Of a DNA stretch of 64,000 nucleotides, positions 1 to 13,779 are shown one piece after another. The first letter of the stretch is position 1, and every line of letters begins with the position of its first letter. Both the position numbers and the translations under genes were made by a program. Below the pieces are notes generated by a model that made no database searches, was not told the DNA's origin, and was given only the letters and a program-made list of their open reading frames with translations. Source of the stretch: Felis catus (Eukaryota); NCBI RefSeq assembly GCF_018350175.1, contig NC_058383.1, positions 19,222,001-19,286,000 on the forward strand. Reading direction: 5' to 3'.

Positions 1-168
1 AGGGGGGTGGAAAGCACAGCACAGGGAATGCAGTCAGTAACACTCTCCGGTGACAGACGCCGACAACACTCAGCACGGAGAGCACGAGTCACGGATAGAG
101 TTGTCGGGTCACTACGTTGTCCACCTGAAACAAATACAACATTGTATGTCAACTATACTTCAATAAGA
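1..168 (+). mobile_element. L1 3' end (L1MA9/L1_Carn-like)
   Basis: Ends with CACTACGTTGTCCACCTGAAACAAATACAACATTGTATGTCAACTATACTTCAATAA, typical of an L1 3' terminus. Confidence 0.7.
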
Positions 169-189
169 TTCTTTTTCAGGGAACTGGTC

Positions 190-695
190 ACCGATAACAC
201 ACAACAACTGGGACGGACCTAAAGGGTGTTGAGCGGGAAAGAGCCAATCTCTGAGGATACATACTGCACGATTCCATTCACGGAACATCTGTGCGATAAC
301 ATAATTATAGACACGGAGAGCAGACGAGGGGTTGCCAGGGAGTAGGAGTGGCAGAACGATGGGTGAGGCTATAAAGGGGTGACATTAGGGGGTCTTGTGA
401 TGGTGCAGTCGAGTCTCTTGACTGCAGTGGTGAGTAGGCAAGGCTACGGACGTGACAAAATTGTCACAGAGCTATGCGCACGCACACACACTCACAGGTG
501 CATGCATAACTGGGGAAACCTGAATCAACTCCATGGATTGGGTCAAGGGCAACTCCTTGACTTGGCCGTTGTACCCTAGGACCATGTGGGTTGTGTGTTA
601 ATAGTGGGGGAAGGGTGTGTGAAACATTCCTGCACAGTCCTTTGCAATCTCCTGCAAATCAATAATTATTTCAGGGTAAGAAACTTAGAAAAAGA
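190..695 (+). mobile_element. Old L1 (L1MC/L1MD-like) 3' UTR fragment
   Basis: AGCCAATCTC...CATACTGCACGATTCCATT...GGTTGCCAGGG motifs of an L1M 3' UTR. Confidence 0.6.
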
Positions 696-703
696 AAATT
701 CCA

Positions 704-913
704 GGGGTGCCTGGGTGGCTCAGTCGGTGAAGGGTCCAACTTCGGCTCAGGTCATGATCTCACGGCTCAGGAGTTCGAGCCCTGCATTGGACTCTGTGCT
801 GACAGCTCAGAGCCTGGAGCCTGCCTTGGGTTTTGTGTCTCCCTCTCTCTCTCTGCTCCTCCCCCTCACGTGCCGTCTGTCTGTCTCTCTCAAAAATAAA
901 TAAACGTTAAAAA
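704..913 (+). mobile_element. Can-SINE (SINEC_Fc-like)
   Basis: GGGGTGCCTGGGTGGCTCAGTCGG head, B-box GTTCGAGCC, (CT)n region, A-rich tail. Confidence 0.93.
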
Positions 914-974
914 CAAATTCCGGTTACTGGCGTTAGACCGTGCCTTAGAGGCGATGCAGTTGGAAACCTGTCCT

Positions 975-1174
975 TTTTTTAAAGCTTATGTATTTTGAGA
1001 GAGAGTTCCACACAAGTGGAAGAGGGACAGAGAGAGAGGGAGAGAGAATCCCAAGCAGGCTCCATGCTTACAGTGTGGAGCCCGATGCGGGGCTCGATCT
1101 CCCAAACCTTGGGACAACAACCTGAGCCGAAATCAAGAGTAGGACACGTAACCGACTGAACCATCCAAGCGCTC
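975..1174 (-). mobile_element. Can-SINE
   Basis: Reverse-strand SINE with target site duplication (TSD) TGGAAACCT(G/A)TCCTT on both sides. Confidence 0.92.
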
Positions 1175-1599
1175 TGGAAACCTATCCTTTCTGTGTTCCC
1201 TCAGCCCCTGGGCCCACACTTTCCTGTAGCATTATTCTCACCTGTCTGTGGCAGGTCCCAGCAGATCAGAAGCAGAACTGGAACAGTCCTGAGTCCGGGG
1301 CCCCAGGAGAACAGGTGATGCCAAACTCAGCAGCCGTGGGAGGCCCAGAGTGCACTGCTCTGCCCCTCCCACTTTGCTTGGGCCTCTCCCGCTGCCTGTC
1401 TCCTCCTTCCCTCCCTCCCGCTGCCCCTTGTCGGTGAACACGTGCTGACCTTGCCAGACCCAGCTCGAACCTCACCTCCTTTTCCAGGCCTTTCCCCACG
1501 CCCAGGGAAAGCGGGCCTTTCTCTCCCTCAGGTCCCTTTCGGGGGTCGAAAAGGGACCTGGGAGGGAAGATGGGTGAGAGAGTAGGAATACTGCAGGAA

Positions 1600-1895
1600 T
1601 GGCACAGGCAGGGGACAGGGACACATGGGCCCGGTGGGGCCTGCGAGGCTTGGTGGCCACAGGCTCCAACTAAACGGCACGGGTCCGATCAGACAGCTGA
1701 GGGTCGCCGAGGGAAACTGTGGACCCGTTGTCGCCAGAGTTTCCTACTTGTACAAGAGAAGCCGTAACTCCCAGATTTTAATGGAAATCCTCCAGATTTT
1801 TAAATGTTGGCAAAAAAAAAAAATATATCCATTTTTTACAGCTCTAGCCAACATCTGCAGGTTGGATTCAGCCCATGGGCTGCCAGTTTTAGATA
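1600..1895 (-). mobile_element. hAT-Charlie DNA transposon fossil (MER102-like)
   Basis: AAGAGAAGCC...CCAGATTTTTAAATGTTGGCAA...CATCTGCAGGTTGGATTCAGCCCATGGGCTGCCAGTTT resembles the recalled MER102 consensus. Confidence 0.55.
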
Positions 1896-4214
1896 CAGCT
1901 TCTGTCTTTCTATTTTAGTATTTGTAATAATTGATTTTACTTCTCTATTTATGTCGTCCTCCTCATTAGCCTTGGGGGAATGGCCATGCCTTATCCACAG
2001 CTGTATTCTCAGTGGCTGGTCCAATGCTTTGCATATAGAGGACGCTTAATAAATATTTGTTGAAGGAATGAGTTGGAATGTTAGAAGCAAGTCAGGGCCT
2101 GCAGAGCAGTCTGAAGATTCTAGATGGGACCCAGGATCCGTTAGCTGGGAGTAGCCAGCGGGTCTTCAGGAGGTAGGGCTGAGGGGGCAGGCTGTGTCCT
2201 TGGCCTTGCCGAGGCTGGTCACGGTGATTGAAATTCTGCCACATCCTCTGCGTGCTCTTGGAAGCGCGGGTTGGGGGAATATGCAGGCCACTGGGCCTTT
2301 CATACAAATGAGTCTGGCCCCAGGCACAGGGCCAGGCAGAAATTGGGCTTTGGGGGATAGGAGGAGGTGAGAATTTTAATAAGCTTAATAAAAACTGGAA
2401 GTAAAACCCACAGTCCTGGAACTGCTCAGTTCTAGCGGTTTTAAATGACTTAGTGGAGTGGGTATAGCAAGGGAAGCTGGGCGCTCAGGGGCCTGGTCTC
2501 AGGGGAAACATGAGGAGGCCCAGGCACTGGCCCAAGGGAAGGCTGGAGTCTGAGGGGCATGGCCAGGAAGGTGTCCTGGGGGTGTGGCGGGAAGGGGCAG
2601 GGCCTGGGGGTGTGGCCTTAGGTAGACACTAAGTGGGCAGGGCAGTTGGAGATCCTCAGGAGGAGCCTGGTCTGTCCTCTCCCCAGTGGTCAGGACTTCA
2701 GCCGACTGGGGACTATACAGGCATAGGGTGCAAACCCAGGCTAGTCGGTTGGGCAGGGAACTAAGCAGGGAAACTGAGACCAAAGCCCTGTTGTAGAAGA
2801 AAAGGCTGTGCTCTGGAGTCTCTTACACACGGTGGGGGGAGGTTGGGGAGCAGCCGGGTGAGGGTCGAGTGTAGGGACCGGAGTTCTCCATTAACGGGAG
2901 GGGAGGAGGCTCCGAGGGACTCCTGGGACAACTCGTCGGGGCAGGGCTCACTAGTCTGCACCGGGCCTGACTGATCAGGGCAGGCGCCAGGCCCACCCTC
3001 AATTCCCAGGGACTCCCTTCACGGCGCTAATGTCCCAGGCACTCTCCTTGCTGGAGCATGAGCTTTCAGACAGGATCGGGTCTGTCTCGTCGTTCCCGTA
3101 GCCCTAGTACCTGGCACAAAGCTGGCCTTCGTCAATGCTCGTTCATGAGAGGACTGTGACAGAGCCTGCCTCGCAGTGACCGAAGACGGTGCCCGTGGGT
3201 GGAAGGGGCACGCGGAGGGGAGACAGCAAAACCTTCCTGCCCCTCACATCAGCAGCTGTCCCCTTGCCCCTGGGCCAGGGTGGGCCACCCATAGGAAATG
3301 GAGGCGGGCTGCACCTAAGCTGCATGTATCAGCCTGAGCTCATTCTTAGGGTGGAGGCTGGAGACTCCCTGAAAAGTGCTCCACCACAGGGGTATGGAGA
3401 GGTGAAGGTGAGGAGCCACGATGTGTGTGGATGAAGGGCAGGTTGCCTGGGTGTGGATTCTGGCCTCATCACCAGCTGTGTGTCTTTGGTCAAGTCCTCT
3501 GTTTTCCCTGAGCCTTAACGACCCCTTCCCCCAAATAGGGTGAGCGTCCCACCTACTGTATGGGGGTTTGTGAGGATTTTAAGCAGCCAGCATGTGCCGA
3601 GCACTTAGCATCGTGCCTGGTATGTGGTTGGCTCTCGGGGTGATGACTGTAACACAACTGGTAATATCATGACGGTTTGGGGATTTTCGCGGCAGCTGCG
3701 ATTTAGCATTACAGTGGGGATGCATATAGTTCACGTAAGGGGGGCGGCAGGGGGGGGGCCACAGACCAGGCCAGACACAGAGAGGGAAGGATGAGTATGA
3801 GACACCCAGAAACAGAGAATCATAGTATAGATGGAGACCTAGACAAGCAGAGACAGAGACAGAGGCGAAGACAGAGAGACGTACAGAGAAAAACAGGGGG
3901 AAAGGAATAGAGACACAGGGAGGCAGAACTGGAGAGACACATAGAGGGAGAGTCTACGAAAGTGCATTTACCGCCTGTGTCTAGGGCACGGGTGCGGGTG
4001 GGGGCGGGGGTGCAGCCAAGCCGTGCTGTTCATGTTTATCCAGTGAGGCCGCTTGTACCTCCTCCGCTCCCCACCCTGTGGCGGTTTCTGAATCCCCCAG
4101 GGACTGAGAAGCCCAGTCAAGCAGACGGAATAGCCAGGGCTTGGATCCCAGGTGGTGCCGGGGCAGGCAACACTTCCCAGGGAGATATCAAGCCAAAGGG
4201 GCCTGTGGATGATT

Positions 4215-4434
4215 CTTTTTAATTTTTTTTGAGAGAGAGGAGAGAGAGAGAGAGAGAGAGCACGAGTGGGGGAGACGGGCAGAGAGAGAGAGAAAGAGAG
4301 AGAGAGAGAATCCCAAGCAGGCTCCAAGCGCAGCGCGGAGCCTGACTTGGGGCTCGATCCCATGACCCTGGCACCATGACCTGAACCAAAACCAAGAGTC
4401 GGGCACTCAACCGACTGAGCCACCCAGGCACGCC
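4215..4434 (-). mobile_element. Can-SINE
   Basis: T-rich tail, (GA)n, and ACTCAACCGACTGAGCCACCCAGGCACGCC head. Confidence 0.92.
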
Positions 4435-4982
4435 ACGAATCTTGATGAATCCAGTTCGGGAAAATATGTGCCAAGGTACAGGCTGGGGCAGGGAGATAAA
4501 AGGTCAGGTGCCCGGTGGACCTGGAGGAGGAGCAGGATTGAGGTGGGGAGGAAGCAGGAGGGCGCAGCAGGTTGCTGGGTGGGCGCCGTGTGTGGCCAAG
4601 AGCCCCGTGGGTGGGAGCGGGCTGGGCCGCCTCAGAAGGGCACCTGGGCTGGCACCCTCACGGGGACCTGAGGAGACCCAGGCCGCTCATTCTGCTAAAA
4701 CCCTGTTCCTCCTTCTTCCTGCCTTCCCCTCCAGCCCCGGGTCAAGTAATGTCTCCCTGTGAAACCTTCAGCCACGGCTACCAGCCTCTTGTCTATCCTT
4801 TTCTGTGCCTTCCTTTTTCCACTTAATATTTCTCGGGGGTCATTTTGGGTCAGCATATTTTAATCTCCCCACTTCTTTTTCACTTGTGGATTATTAGCTT
4901 AGCATTTACTTAGCACCTTCTATGTGCCAGGTGCCGTTCGGGGCATTAGAGACACAACAGTGAACAAAACGGACACCGTTTC

Positions 4983-5208
4983 GGGGCGCCTGGGCGGCTC
5001 GGTCGGTGGAGCGTCCGACTTCGGCTCAGGTCAGGGTCTCGCGGTTCGTGAGTTCGGGCCCCACATCGGGCTCTGTGCCGATGGCTCGGAGCCCGGAGCC
5101 TGCTTCCGATTCTGTGTCTCCCTCTCTGTGTGCCCCTCCCCCACACGTGCTCTGGCTCTCTCTGCCTCTCAAAAATAAAGAAAACTAATAAAAAAAATTT
5201 TTTTAAAA
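4983..5208 (+). mobile_element. Can-SINE inserted in an L2
   Basis: Full head and tail; TSD GACACCGTTTC on both sides. Confidence 0.93.
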
Positions 5209-5359
5209 ATGACACCGTTTCTGCTCCAAGGAGCTGCTGGGCTGGTAGGGAGAGATAACGGGTAAGTATGCAAATGACGTGCCGGGTGTGGTGGGCGTGG
5301 CTAGGGGAGGCCATTATGGCCAAGAGACACTTGAGCAGAAACATCTGAGGAGGAAATTG

Positions 5360-5814
5360 AATTCATTCTTGCTGTGCAGCAAATTACCCCCAAACTCAGC
5401 CGTTTTATGGGGTCAGGGATCTAGGCACAGATGCGTTGGAAGCTCTGGCCCCAAGTCTCTCATGGGTCGCAGCCCAGCTGGGAGCCGGGGCTGTGGTCAC
5501 CCCAGGGCTTGCTTGGGGCCGAGGCACCCACATACAAGCCCACACTCATGGTTGGCAGCTTCTGTTTCACGGGCTGGCCACTTGCAACAGGGCCACCTGC
5601 TTCCCCCAGCACAACTGATCCGAGACAGAAGAGAGGGGGAGAGAGCCCAAGATGGAAGCCATGGTGTTTTTTCGCAGCTAACGTCAGAAGCGACATTCCA
5701 TCACATCTGTATTCCGTCAGCAAGCCCAGCCCCTACTCTGAGGGAGGGGATTCCATAATGGTTCCGCAGTGAGGCAGAGATCATACCAGGCCATCTTTGA
5801 AGCTGCCTACCGCA
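5360..5814. mobile_element. MLT1 (ERVL-MaLR) solo LTR
   Basis: Starts TTGCTGTGCAGCAAATTACCCCCAAACTCAG and ends GGCCATCTTTGAAGCTGCCTACCGCA, typical of MLT1. Confidence 0.65.
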
Positions 5815-6769
5815 GAAGTGGGGATCTGAGGGAAGAATGGCTCAGGTAGAGGGGTTGCAAGTGCAAAGGCCCTGAGGTAGGACCATGCCCGGCACATTGA
5901 AGGGAAGACAAGGAGGCCAGAGTGGCTGGAGAGGAGAGAATGGGGGAGGTGGAGGAGGTCTGATCAGAGATGGAGATGGAGATTTCTCTTGCCGTCACTT
6001 AGTCCCTGGCTGGTGGACGTTCAGGGTGTTTTTTAACCCTCTACGGCAATGAATATCCTTGTCCACAGATGCAAATATGTCTGAGGGTGAATTCCCAGTG
6101 GTGAAACTGCTGGGTCAAAAGGAAGCTGCAGCCGTTGCCAAATTCCCTCCCCAAGAGCTGACCTTCCTGCCGGCCTCCTCTGAGGGTCCTTCATGCCTTT
6201 GACCTCACTGGTCCCTGCCCTGGCCTGCTGTCCTCTCCTGGCTGTTCCACATTAAAGGGTTGTGCTGTCTTCCCGGGCTCCTGTCTTCCCTCCGTCGCCC
6301 CCTCCCTCCAGACGGCCTCTGCCGCTGCAGATGGCTGGGGAGTCTAAGAGCCCCTTGGAGGACACTTCCCCTTGATGGAAATTCTCCGCGCTTGGAAAAC
6401 TCTTCTCACAAACGGTATCTGCTGTGTGCTTTTCCCAGGTGCTGGAAATTCCCTGATGGCTGTTTTGGGACAACGAGTTGAGTTTGTGTTTGCCCACCAT
6501 TTATCTCTGAGAAGGTGGCCGGCTGGCAGAGTCTGCCAGAGGGCAGAGCACGGAGAACACCTGGCCTGGAAGGAGAGGCTGTGGCCGTCTTGTGCTCGCC
6601 CTCTGAGTAAAGCTGAGCCACACGCTATCCACATGACATTTGCAAGGCCTGGCGAGGCCTGGGGGCTCTGAGACCCACTGGGGTGGAGACCACATACGAG
6701 TCAACCAACATTCACCGAGCATGCCCTGTGTGCTCTGCTTTTGTGTATAATATGACTAAGTGGGGGAAG

Positions 6770-7250
6770 TGTCACTTGCATGCTTAAAAGCTTCTAGTGG
6801 CTTCCTGTTGTGTTCTGAATAAAACCCCAACCCCTCCCCCGACTGGTCCTTTCCCACCTCCCTGAACGCCCCCCCCCCCAAACCTCTTCACAGGCTCCAG
6901 CCACACCGACCACTTCTCCCCGCCCAAAGGCCTCGGCAATCTCTGTTCCATCTGTTTGGGACTGTTCCCAGGCTTTTTCATGACCAACTCCTTATCTTTC
7001 AGGATGCCGTTTGAAGCCTCTTCTCAGGCCTTCCCCGATGACCTGATCTGAAGCAGCTTCCTCTAGTCACTCTGTCTCCTCACTCTGTTTCTTCCTTGAA
7101 ATTACATCTTTATTATCTGTTTCCCCCGCTTGACTCTCAGCTCCATGAGGACAGCGGCTCTATCTTGCTCTCCTCTGTGTCCCCAAGACTTAGTAAAATA
7201 TCTGGGACACAGTTGGTGCTCAAGGGATAGTGGTTGTATGAGTGGATGTG
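6770..7250 (+). mobile_element. L2 3' fragment
   Basis: GCTTAAAAGCTTCTAGTGGCTTCC...CTCCAGCCACACC...AGCTCCATGAGGACAG L2 motifs. Confidence 0.65.
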
Positions 7251-10200
7251 ACTGGGTATTATCTTCACTCTCCAGGTGAGGAAATGGGGGGTTGGAGATG
7301 TGAAGTGACTCGTTCACGGACACACAGCTGGGGAGTTGCAGAATTGAGATTCAGACGCAGGTGTGTCCGTGCCCAGCTCAGTGCCCTCTCCCTAGCCGGT
7401 TGGCCTTGGTAGACAAGAACTTGGGAACTTGAAGGTGAGTAGTGTCTCGGCAGGTGTGCTGGGAGTCCGGGAAGCAAGCTGGAATGAGGGGCAGCCCTCC
7501 CCACCCTCCTGTCTTTGGATAGAACCACACCATACGCCGTTCACGTGACATTACGTGTCCTGGCAGGGCCTGCGGGCTCTGAGACCCTTGAGGGCGGAGA
7601 CCACGTAAGAGTCGACCAGTGACAAGGCAGGCAAGGTCTGGATCGCCATCTGGGTCACTGATGGCTCTCGGTCCCTCCTCCTCCCCAGCCACATTCCCAT
7701 TTTTCTTGTCGTCATGCTTAGTCGTACCTCTTCTCCTGAGGTTCAGCTTGCATGGGAAGGCAGGGCTGGTATCCTTCATCTGGAGAACCTGGCCCTTCCA
7801 GGGGCAGCAGAGAAATATTCAGGGGTGCCCACTCTGGAGCCAGCCCAGCTGGCCCTCCGCACACATCCTGAATCTTTTTGAGCCTCCGTTTCCTTATCTG
7901 TTAGAGAGAGAGAGTAATAGTTTCTCCTTCGTAAAGTCCCCAAGCAGGATCAATGAGGCGGTACGTGTAGAATCCCTCCCTCAGGCACCTGTCAAGCACC
8001 GCATGGCAATAGCTTCATATTAGTCACCATGTAGCCCAAGCATCGCCCTACAAGGCCTTCTTCCCTCCTCAAAGCCTGCCTGGGGTGCCCCATGCCTACA
8101 TAATCTCTCAAATTGCCACCACACTTCCCAGTTACTTGCTCCCCTCCAAATTCTTCTCCCTGAGGACACACACATCATTCCTGAACCCCCTTTGCAGGGA
8201 CAAGTCATGGCCAAGCAGATATATCAGTAAAGGTATTCTACATTGACTGGGACGCAGAGGGCCCTCTGCCCCGTGGTCTGGTAGGGGAGTGGAACAAGCT
8301 GAGAGTGGTTGGGGGAGGGGGGGCTGGGGAACGTGGGGGGAACTAGCAGGAGTGGGATCGCATGGTCCCCAGGATGAGAAGAACTCAGACTCTGCCCAGC
8401 ATGTGTCAGCGTCCAAGGACGTCTGGCCCGGCAGGCGGAGCACTGCCACAGGTGTCCTGGGGTCAGGCGGGAGTGGGGCACGTCCGCGATCAGGGGAGCC
8501 CCCACACTTGTAGAGCAGTGACATTGCTGTAGGCGCCGTTCTATGAACTCATGGCTCTTTCCTATACCAGGTGGGGAGACTGAGGCACGGAGCATTTAAC
8601 AGAATTGCCCGGGTCGCACTGTCAGTAAGTGTTAGAGGCAGGATTTGGACGCAGGCGGTCTAACTCCGGAGTCCACACTGTCCGGCCTACCGTGACGGTG
8701 TCTGAGCGGTCTGCTGGGTGGGGGAAGAGGCCCATGCCATATATGGGGATGGGAGAGATGGTCTAGTTTGGGATACAGGAGTGGGCCGATGGGGAAGGTA
8801 TATTCCCAAGAGCCCTAGGAGACAGTCAGCTATCCAGGGAGGGAACTGGCGGTATGGTTGGGGGAGGTGTCTGTCAGCTTGGGGGGCAGGGTGGGGTCCA
8901 CAGGGCCACTGCTGGGCCAGGCCTAGGGAAGGTGAGCAGAACCCACCCCCGGGAGCCCTGGGTCAGGAGCAGGGCAGCTGAGCCTGTGGCCAGGAGTCTC
9001 TGGCTGCATCTCCAAGTCTTGCTGGGGCAGACAGGGCCGACTGGGAGGAGCCCCGGCTGTAGGCTGTGCCCGGAGTGTGCGTAGAGCGACCCCTCACTTG
9101 CCTCCGCCCCTTGCTTAGCAGCTCACAAACTCAGCTGAGCCTTGATCCCCGGCAGTCTGAGGTCTGAGGGCCTTGCGGTCTGGTCCCTGCCCTGCGCCCC
9201 AGGGAGCCCTGCTGGGAGCTTGGTTCCCGGGCCTTCCTCAGAGGAGAGACAGGCCCACCTACGCCCACCCGAGATGAGCGCGGAGGGGGCGAGCAGAAGG
9301 TCTCAGCCAGGGCCGACAGGAGCCAAGGCAGCCACGTACGGGCCTGGCATTGATGCCGTGACACAGCCCGGGCTCCCGGGGCCCCCCCTCACCGTCCTCC
9401 GTGAGCACCCCCTGCGCCCTGAGATTTGCTCAGACTCAGGCAATTGCAGACACCAACCCTGCGGGAGCTCTTAGCGCTGGCCGGAGGGTGACCCGGGGAC
9501 AGCACCCGACTCCAAGCTCCTCTGCACCGTCACCCCAGCTTCGTCCTCTTGCCACCTGGCCGCGTGTGGCTCCGTCTTGGCTCCTGTCCCAGGAGAGGGG
9601 TGGGCCGGGAGGCACCTGCAGGCCACTGGCATCTGTGCCCCTCCGTGAGCGCCCCCGAGCCAGGGGTCCGGAAAAGACAGGCACAGGCTGGGCTTCCAAG
9701 GAGGCAGGGCCGACAGCGCCCCCGGCCCCATGTCCTCGAGACCCCGCGGCGGCTCCTCCCTGCGCACTTCCGGCCTCCCTGCCCTGAGTCTGAGAACAGA
9801 CCTGCGGCCCAGGTCTCGGCTTACCTGTCACCTTCCCAGAAGGGCCAGCCCCATCCTCCTGGGCCAAACTACCTACCACTCTCTCCCCGGGCCCTCATTT
9901 CCTTCAAAGCATTTATTAAACTCTGAATTCTCAACGTATGTGCTTCTTTTCCATCTTCCTTCCTAAGCATGTCAGCTCCGTGAGGGCAGGGACCTGGCGT
10001 GTCTTAGGCACGCCTTCATTTCCTGAACCGTGAGGGGAGCCTGGCAGACGGCAAGTGCTCACCGAACGTTGGCAGAATGGAGGTGTGAATGGGAGAGAGA
10101 GGCTGTGATGGAATGCGAACGCATCTGGACTTGGAGCTGGGTGGGCCTGGACCCGCATGTGCTGTGTTACCCTGGGTGGACTGCTTTCCCTCTCTGAGCT

Positions 10201-11319
10201 TCACTCACTCACTCGTCAGATCCGGTGCAGCCAAACCTAGCCTTCCTGGGATAAGGCAGGGAGAGCATGAGACGCGGGATGAATGGGATGGTCGGGTGCT
10301 TTGCACACCGTAAAGCGCCCAGGAAGGGAGGGCTGTCCGGAGGTTTTGTGGCAAAGCGTCCACTCAGCTCATTTTCCTCGTGCCCAGGCGGCTTCCTGGG
10401 CAGTGAAGCTAATGGGATGGCATCACAGCGTCGCCGGAGGGAAGTGTGGAAGCTCAGAGCTTCGGGCCAAGAGAATAGGATTTGCGTTTCAGCTAACTTG
10501 ACGGGCAGACGGAAGAGGAGCTTCGGGAGGAATGTTTTCAAGGCTGGCCAGGCGTGAGGCGGGGGCCCCGGACCCATCACGGGTGACTCTGTGCAGGCCG
10601 GGGTCCCTCCTGGGCCGGATGGGGAGGTGAGGGGGAGGCCCACTGCGTGACACCCGAGGACAGCGAGTACTCCTGCCTGTAACTTGGGCGCATGTACAGG
10701 TATTCCCGGGAGAGAGAGGGAGAGAGACCCAGACAGGGAGGAACAGTCCAAGGCAGAGGTAGAAGGAAACAGAAAAAGAGGCAGGAAGAGAGAAAACAAC
10801 CAAAGGGAGGGGCCTGCGCAGTTGCCCCCGCGAGCACATACCCCAGATGGATGGTGAGATGTCACTGTCCAGTGGGCGCCCCCCCCCCCGCCGTGATTTC
10901 AGGGCCCCCAGTGCCTTCCCTAATGCCAGTTTCTTGCCTCAAAGAGCGTGCTTCCAGTGTTGAAGGATTCTTATCTTTCGTGCCACAGGGGCCCCAAAGT
11001 TAAGCCAGTTCCTTCCTCTGGTGCCCAACCCAAGAGAGACAATCTGTGGGCAGGCTGGAGGAAAGCTGGCCTTGAACTTCCATGGGAGAGTGTATGCCCT
11101 TTAGAATGCCCCCCCCCTCCCCACACACACCCAGATTCCTAAGCCGGTCCCTGGGTGTGCAGCTGATGGGCCACACCGCAGCCTGCAGCCGCCCTGGGCA
11201 CCTCGCAGCCTGCTCTCACCTGACCCTGCACTCCTCACACTTTGTCCCCTGCCTCTGCCTCCACGACCGCCACATCCACATCCACAGGCCGCCATTCCAC
11301 CGCCGTTTTTCTTCCTCAA

Positions 11320-11720
11320 TCACTCACTTTTTTTGTGTCAAACTTAAATGTATTCAGAAAGGAAGCTTCAGATCACGGCCGGAAATGAAAAGCCGGTACA
11401 CTTGCAATAAATAGAAGGGGACCGTAAAACCGCAAAAATAAAAACATTACCACTGTCAGAAGGTTTGCGTAGCATCTAAACCCGTGGTCTCCCCCTGGGG
11501 CGACTCTGCCCTCTCCCCATCCCCCGCCCCGCCACCAGGGACACTTGGTAAGGTCTGGGCATGTTTTTGGTTGTCAGCACTTGGGGGAGGGGGCAGGCGA
11601 ATGTTCCTGGCATCTGATGGAAGGGCAGAGGCCGGGGGTGCGGCTGGCCATCCCACCCCCACGGCAAAGCGTTATCTGGCCCCGGATGTCAATAGTGCTG
11701 AGGTTTAGAACTTCTGGTCT
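11320..11720 (+). mobile_element. MER20B fragment followed by MER20 (hAT-Charlie)
   Basis: CACTTGCAATAAATAGAAGG (MER20B-like), then GTTTTTGGTTGTCA...CTGGCATCT...TTATCTGGCCCCGGATGTCAATAGTGCTGAGGTT (MER20). Confidence 0.7.
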
Positions 11721-13779
11721 AAAATAAGCTTGAGCGCCCGAGGGAGGTGTGCCCCACACTTGGGCAGCTCTGACCTCGTTAGCTCCTCATCCTTCAGACT
11801 CAGCTGCAGCACCCCCCACCCCAGGGATGTCTCCCCAGACCCCCAGAGCAGAGGACTCCAGGTGTCAGCTCCTGTGGACCCTGCACCTCCCATCTCCTGA
11901 TGCTCTGACCCTGGGCCTTTGTTTTCCTGCCCACGTCCATGTCCCTGATGAGAGCTGCAAGCGGGCAGGGCCACACCTGTCTCATCGTCCCCTAGCCCTC
12001 AGCACGGTGCCTGGCTCCTAGCAGGTGCTCCCGTGTGGAATGAATGAAAGCTGGGTGGGGGTCCCGGATCCCCTACTGTCTGGCTGGCTGTCAGGTACTT
12101 TGTTTCTCACCTGTGAACGGGACACACTCATAGGAATGCTGTCCCCAGTAGCACCCAGCATGTGTAAAAGTCCCTGGCGGAAGGAAAGCCCTGGGTAAAG
12201 GTTAGGGGCCATCTGCAAGTGGCAGGGGTCCCTGGAGAGATCACGGGCTCACTGCCTCATTCATGTCTTCTACTGTGGTTATCAGGTTGTCCCGGGGTAA
12301 TTTGTAACTGGACCCCCTTTCGTCTCCAGTGTCCCGGCCCGGGCAGTCAATGATCGGCCCCCCTCACTCTCAGGCCCTTGTGTCTAGTGGGGCATGTGGA
12401 GAGCTGAGCAGTCACTGAGACTTCAGAGAGCGGGCCTGTTCCCACCACTCAGGGACCCTACTCTTACAGGGTGCTCGGAGCATCTCTGTTTAGCAGCAGG
12501 GTCTAGAGGCTGGGGGTGGGGCTGGCTGGGAGCTGCTGAGAAGGCACCCCTCGGCAGACAAGGCTTTAATTATCATGCTGGAATCGGGGCTGTTCCCCAC
12601 AGATGCAGCCCAAATCCCGGGCTTGGGTAGAATGTCAGGACCACATTCCTGGGGCATGTGAATTTCCAGGGCAGAGATGCAGAAGGCAGGGGGAGAGAGA
12701 GGGCCAGGACTGTGACTTGGGGGTGTGGGCTCGTCGAGGGGGCCTTCCAGCCCTCTGGTGGAGGGCTCCAACCTGCTCCCCTCATTCCTACCCAGGCACA
12801 GGCCAGGGCACCTGCTCCCCTTCCTCCCGCCATCGCCCTGCAGGTGAGGGCCCACCCTCTGTCGTGGGGGGCTTATGAACATCCGAGGCCATCAAAGTGG
12901 GGTTAGTGGGTGCGAAGGGTCACATGGGGGCCCCAGGAGGACATCACCCTGAACAATCTCGAGGGCGCACTGGCTGTGTCTATGAGCACGTGGCCCCACT
13001 GCCATAGGATGTCCACTGCTGTCTGCTGTCCACTCATATTGGGAGAGGACCCTTGGTGGGGGCTGATCTCAAGCCCATGTGCCCCCCCGGGGAAGCCCTG
13101 GAGGGGGCCCTGCGGGGGCTGCTCTGCTCCCGTCTGCGAAGTTGAGTTCGCTCTTTCCTGGGACCCACCATCCTCTCCTCCTCTGTTTCCTCCCTCTCCC
13201 CCTGCCCAGGCAGGGAAGCTTACCTGGTCTCCAGGTGGAGGGGAGAGAAGCTGGCTCTGCTTCATCAAACGTTCTCCCGAACCTTTTCAGTGAACAGCTG
13301 CAGTGTGGGCTTTGGGACTCTGACTCCGGTTTTCCCAGTCTTCTATGACACCTGTGCCCCGAGGTCACTGAGATCTTCTCTCCAGTCACCCAAATGAAGA
13401 AATGCTGGGGGGGGGGGGGGGGGACAAATCTGTGATTTTTAATATCAAAAGCCATCCCACCACCAGATTGCCCTGGGCTACCCCAAGACTCACCAGGAAC
13501 TGGGGTCATGGCCTCAAGTACCCTTCTAGACCCGCACCCCCACCTGCGGGGGGGGGGGGGTGGGGGGTGGGGAGGGGGGTGTTGGGGAGGGTCTGAGCCC
13601 ACTCATTGCCTCAGGGCTTGATGGAGGTGACTGGGGTAGACGAGGCCAGTGGTGGTTCAGTAAACCTAGTTTTTAAAATGGGAAGGCCCCCTATTAAATG
13701 CCACTTCTGATTTGGGCCACTTCCCTTTAAAAGGCAAATAGAAGAGTGAGCAGAATCCAAGCAAGCAGTGATGCTAATG

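Noticed and set aside
704..800. tRNA-like A and B boxes
   Set aside because: These are heads of tRNA-derived Can-SINEs, followed by (CT)n and A tails; they are not tRNA genes.
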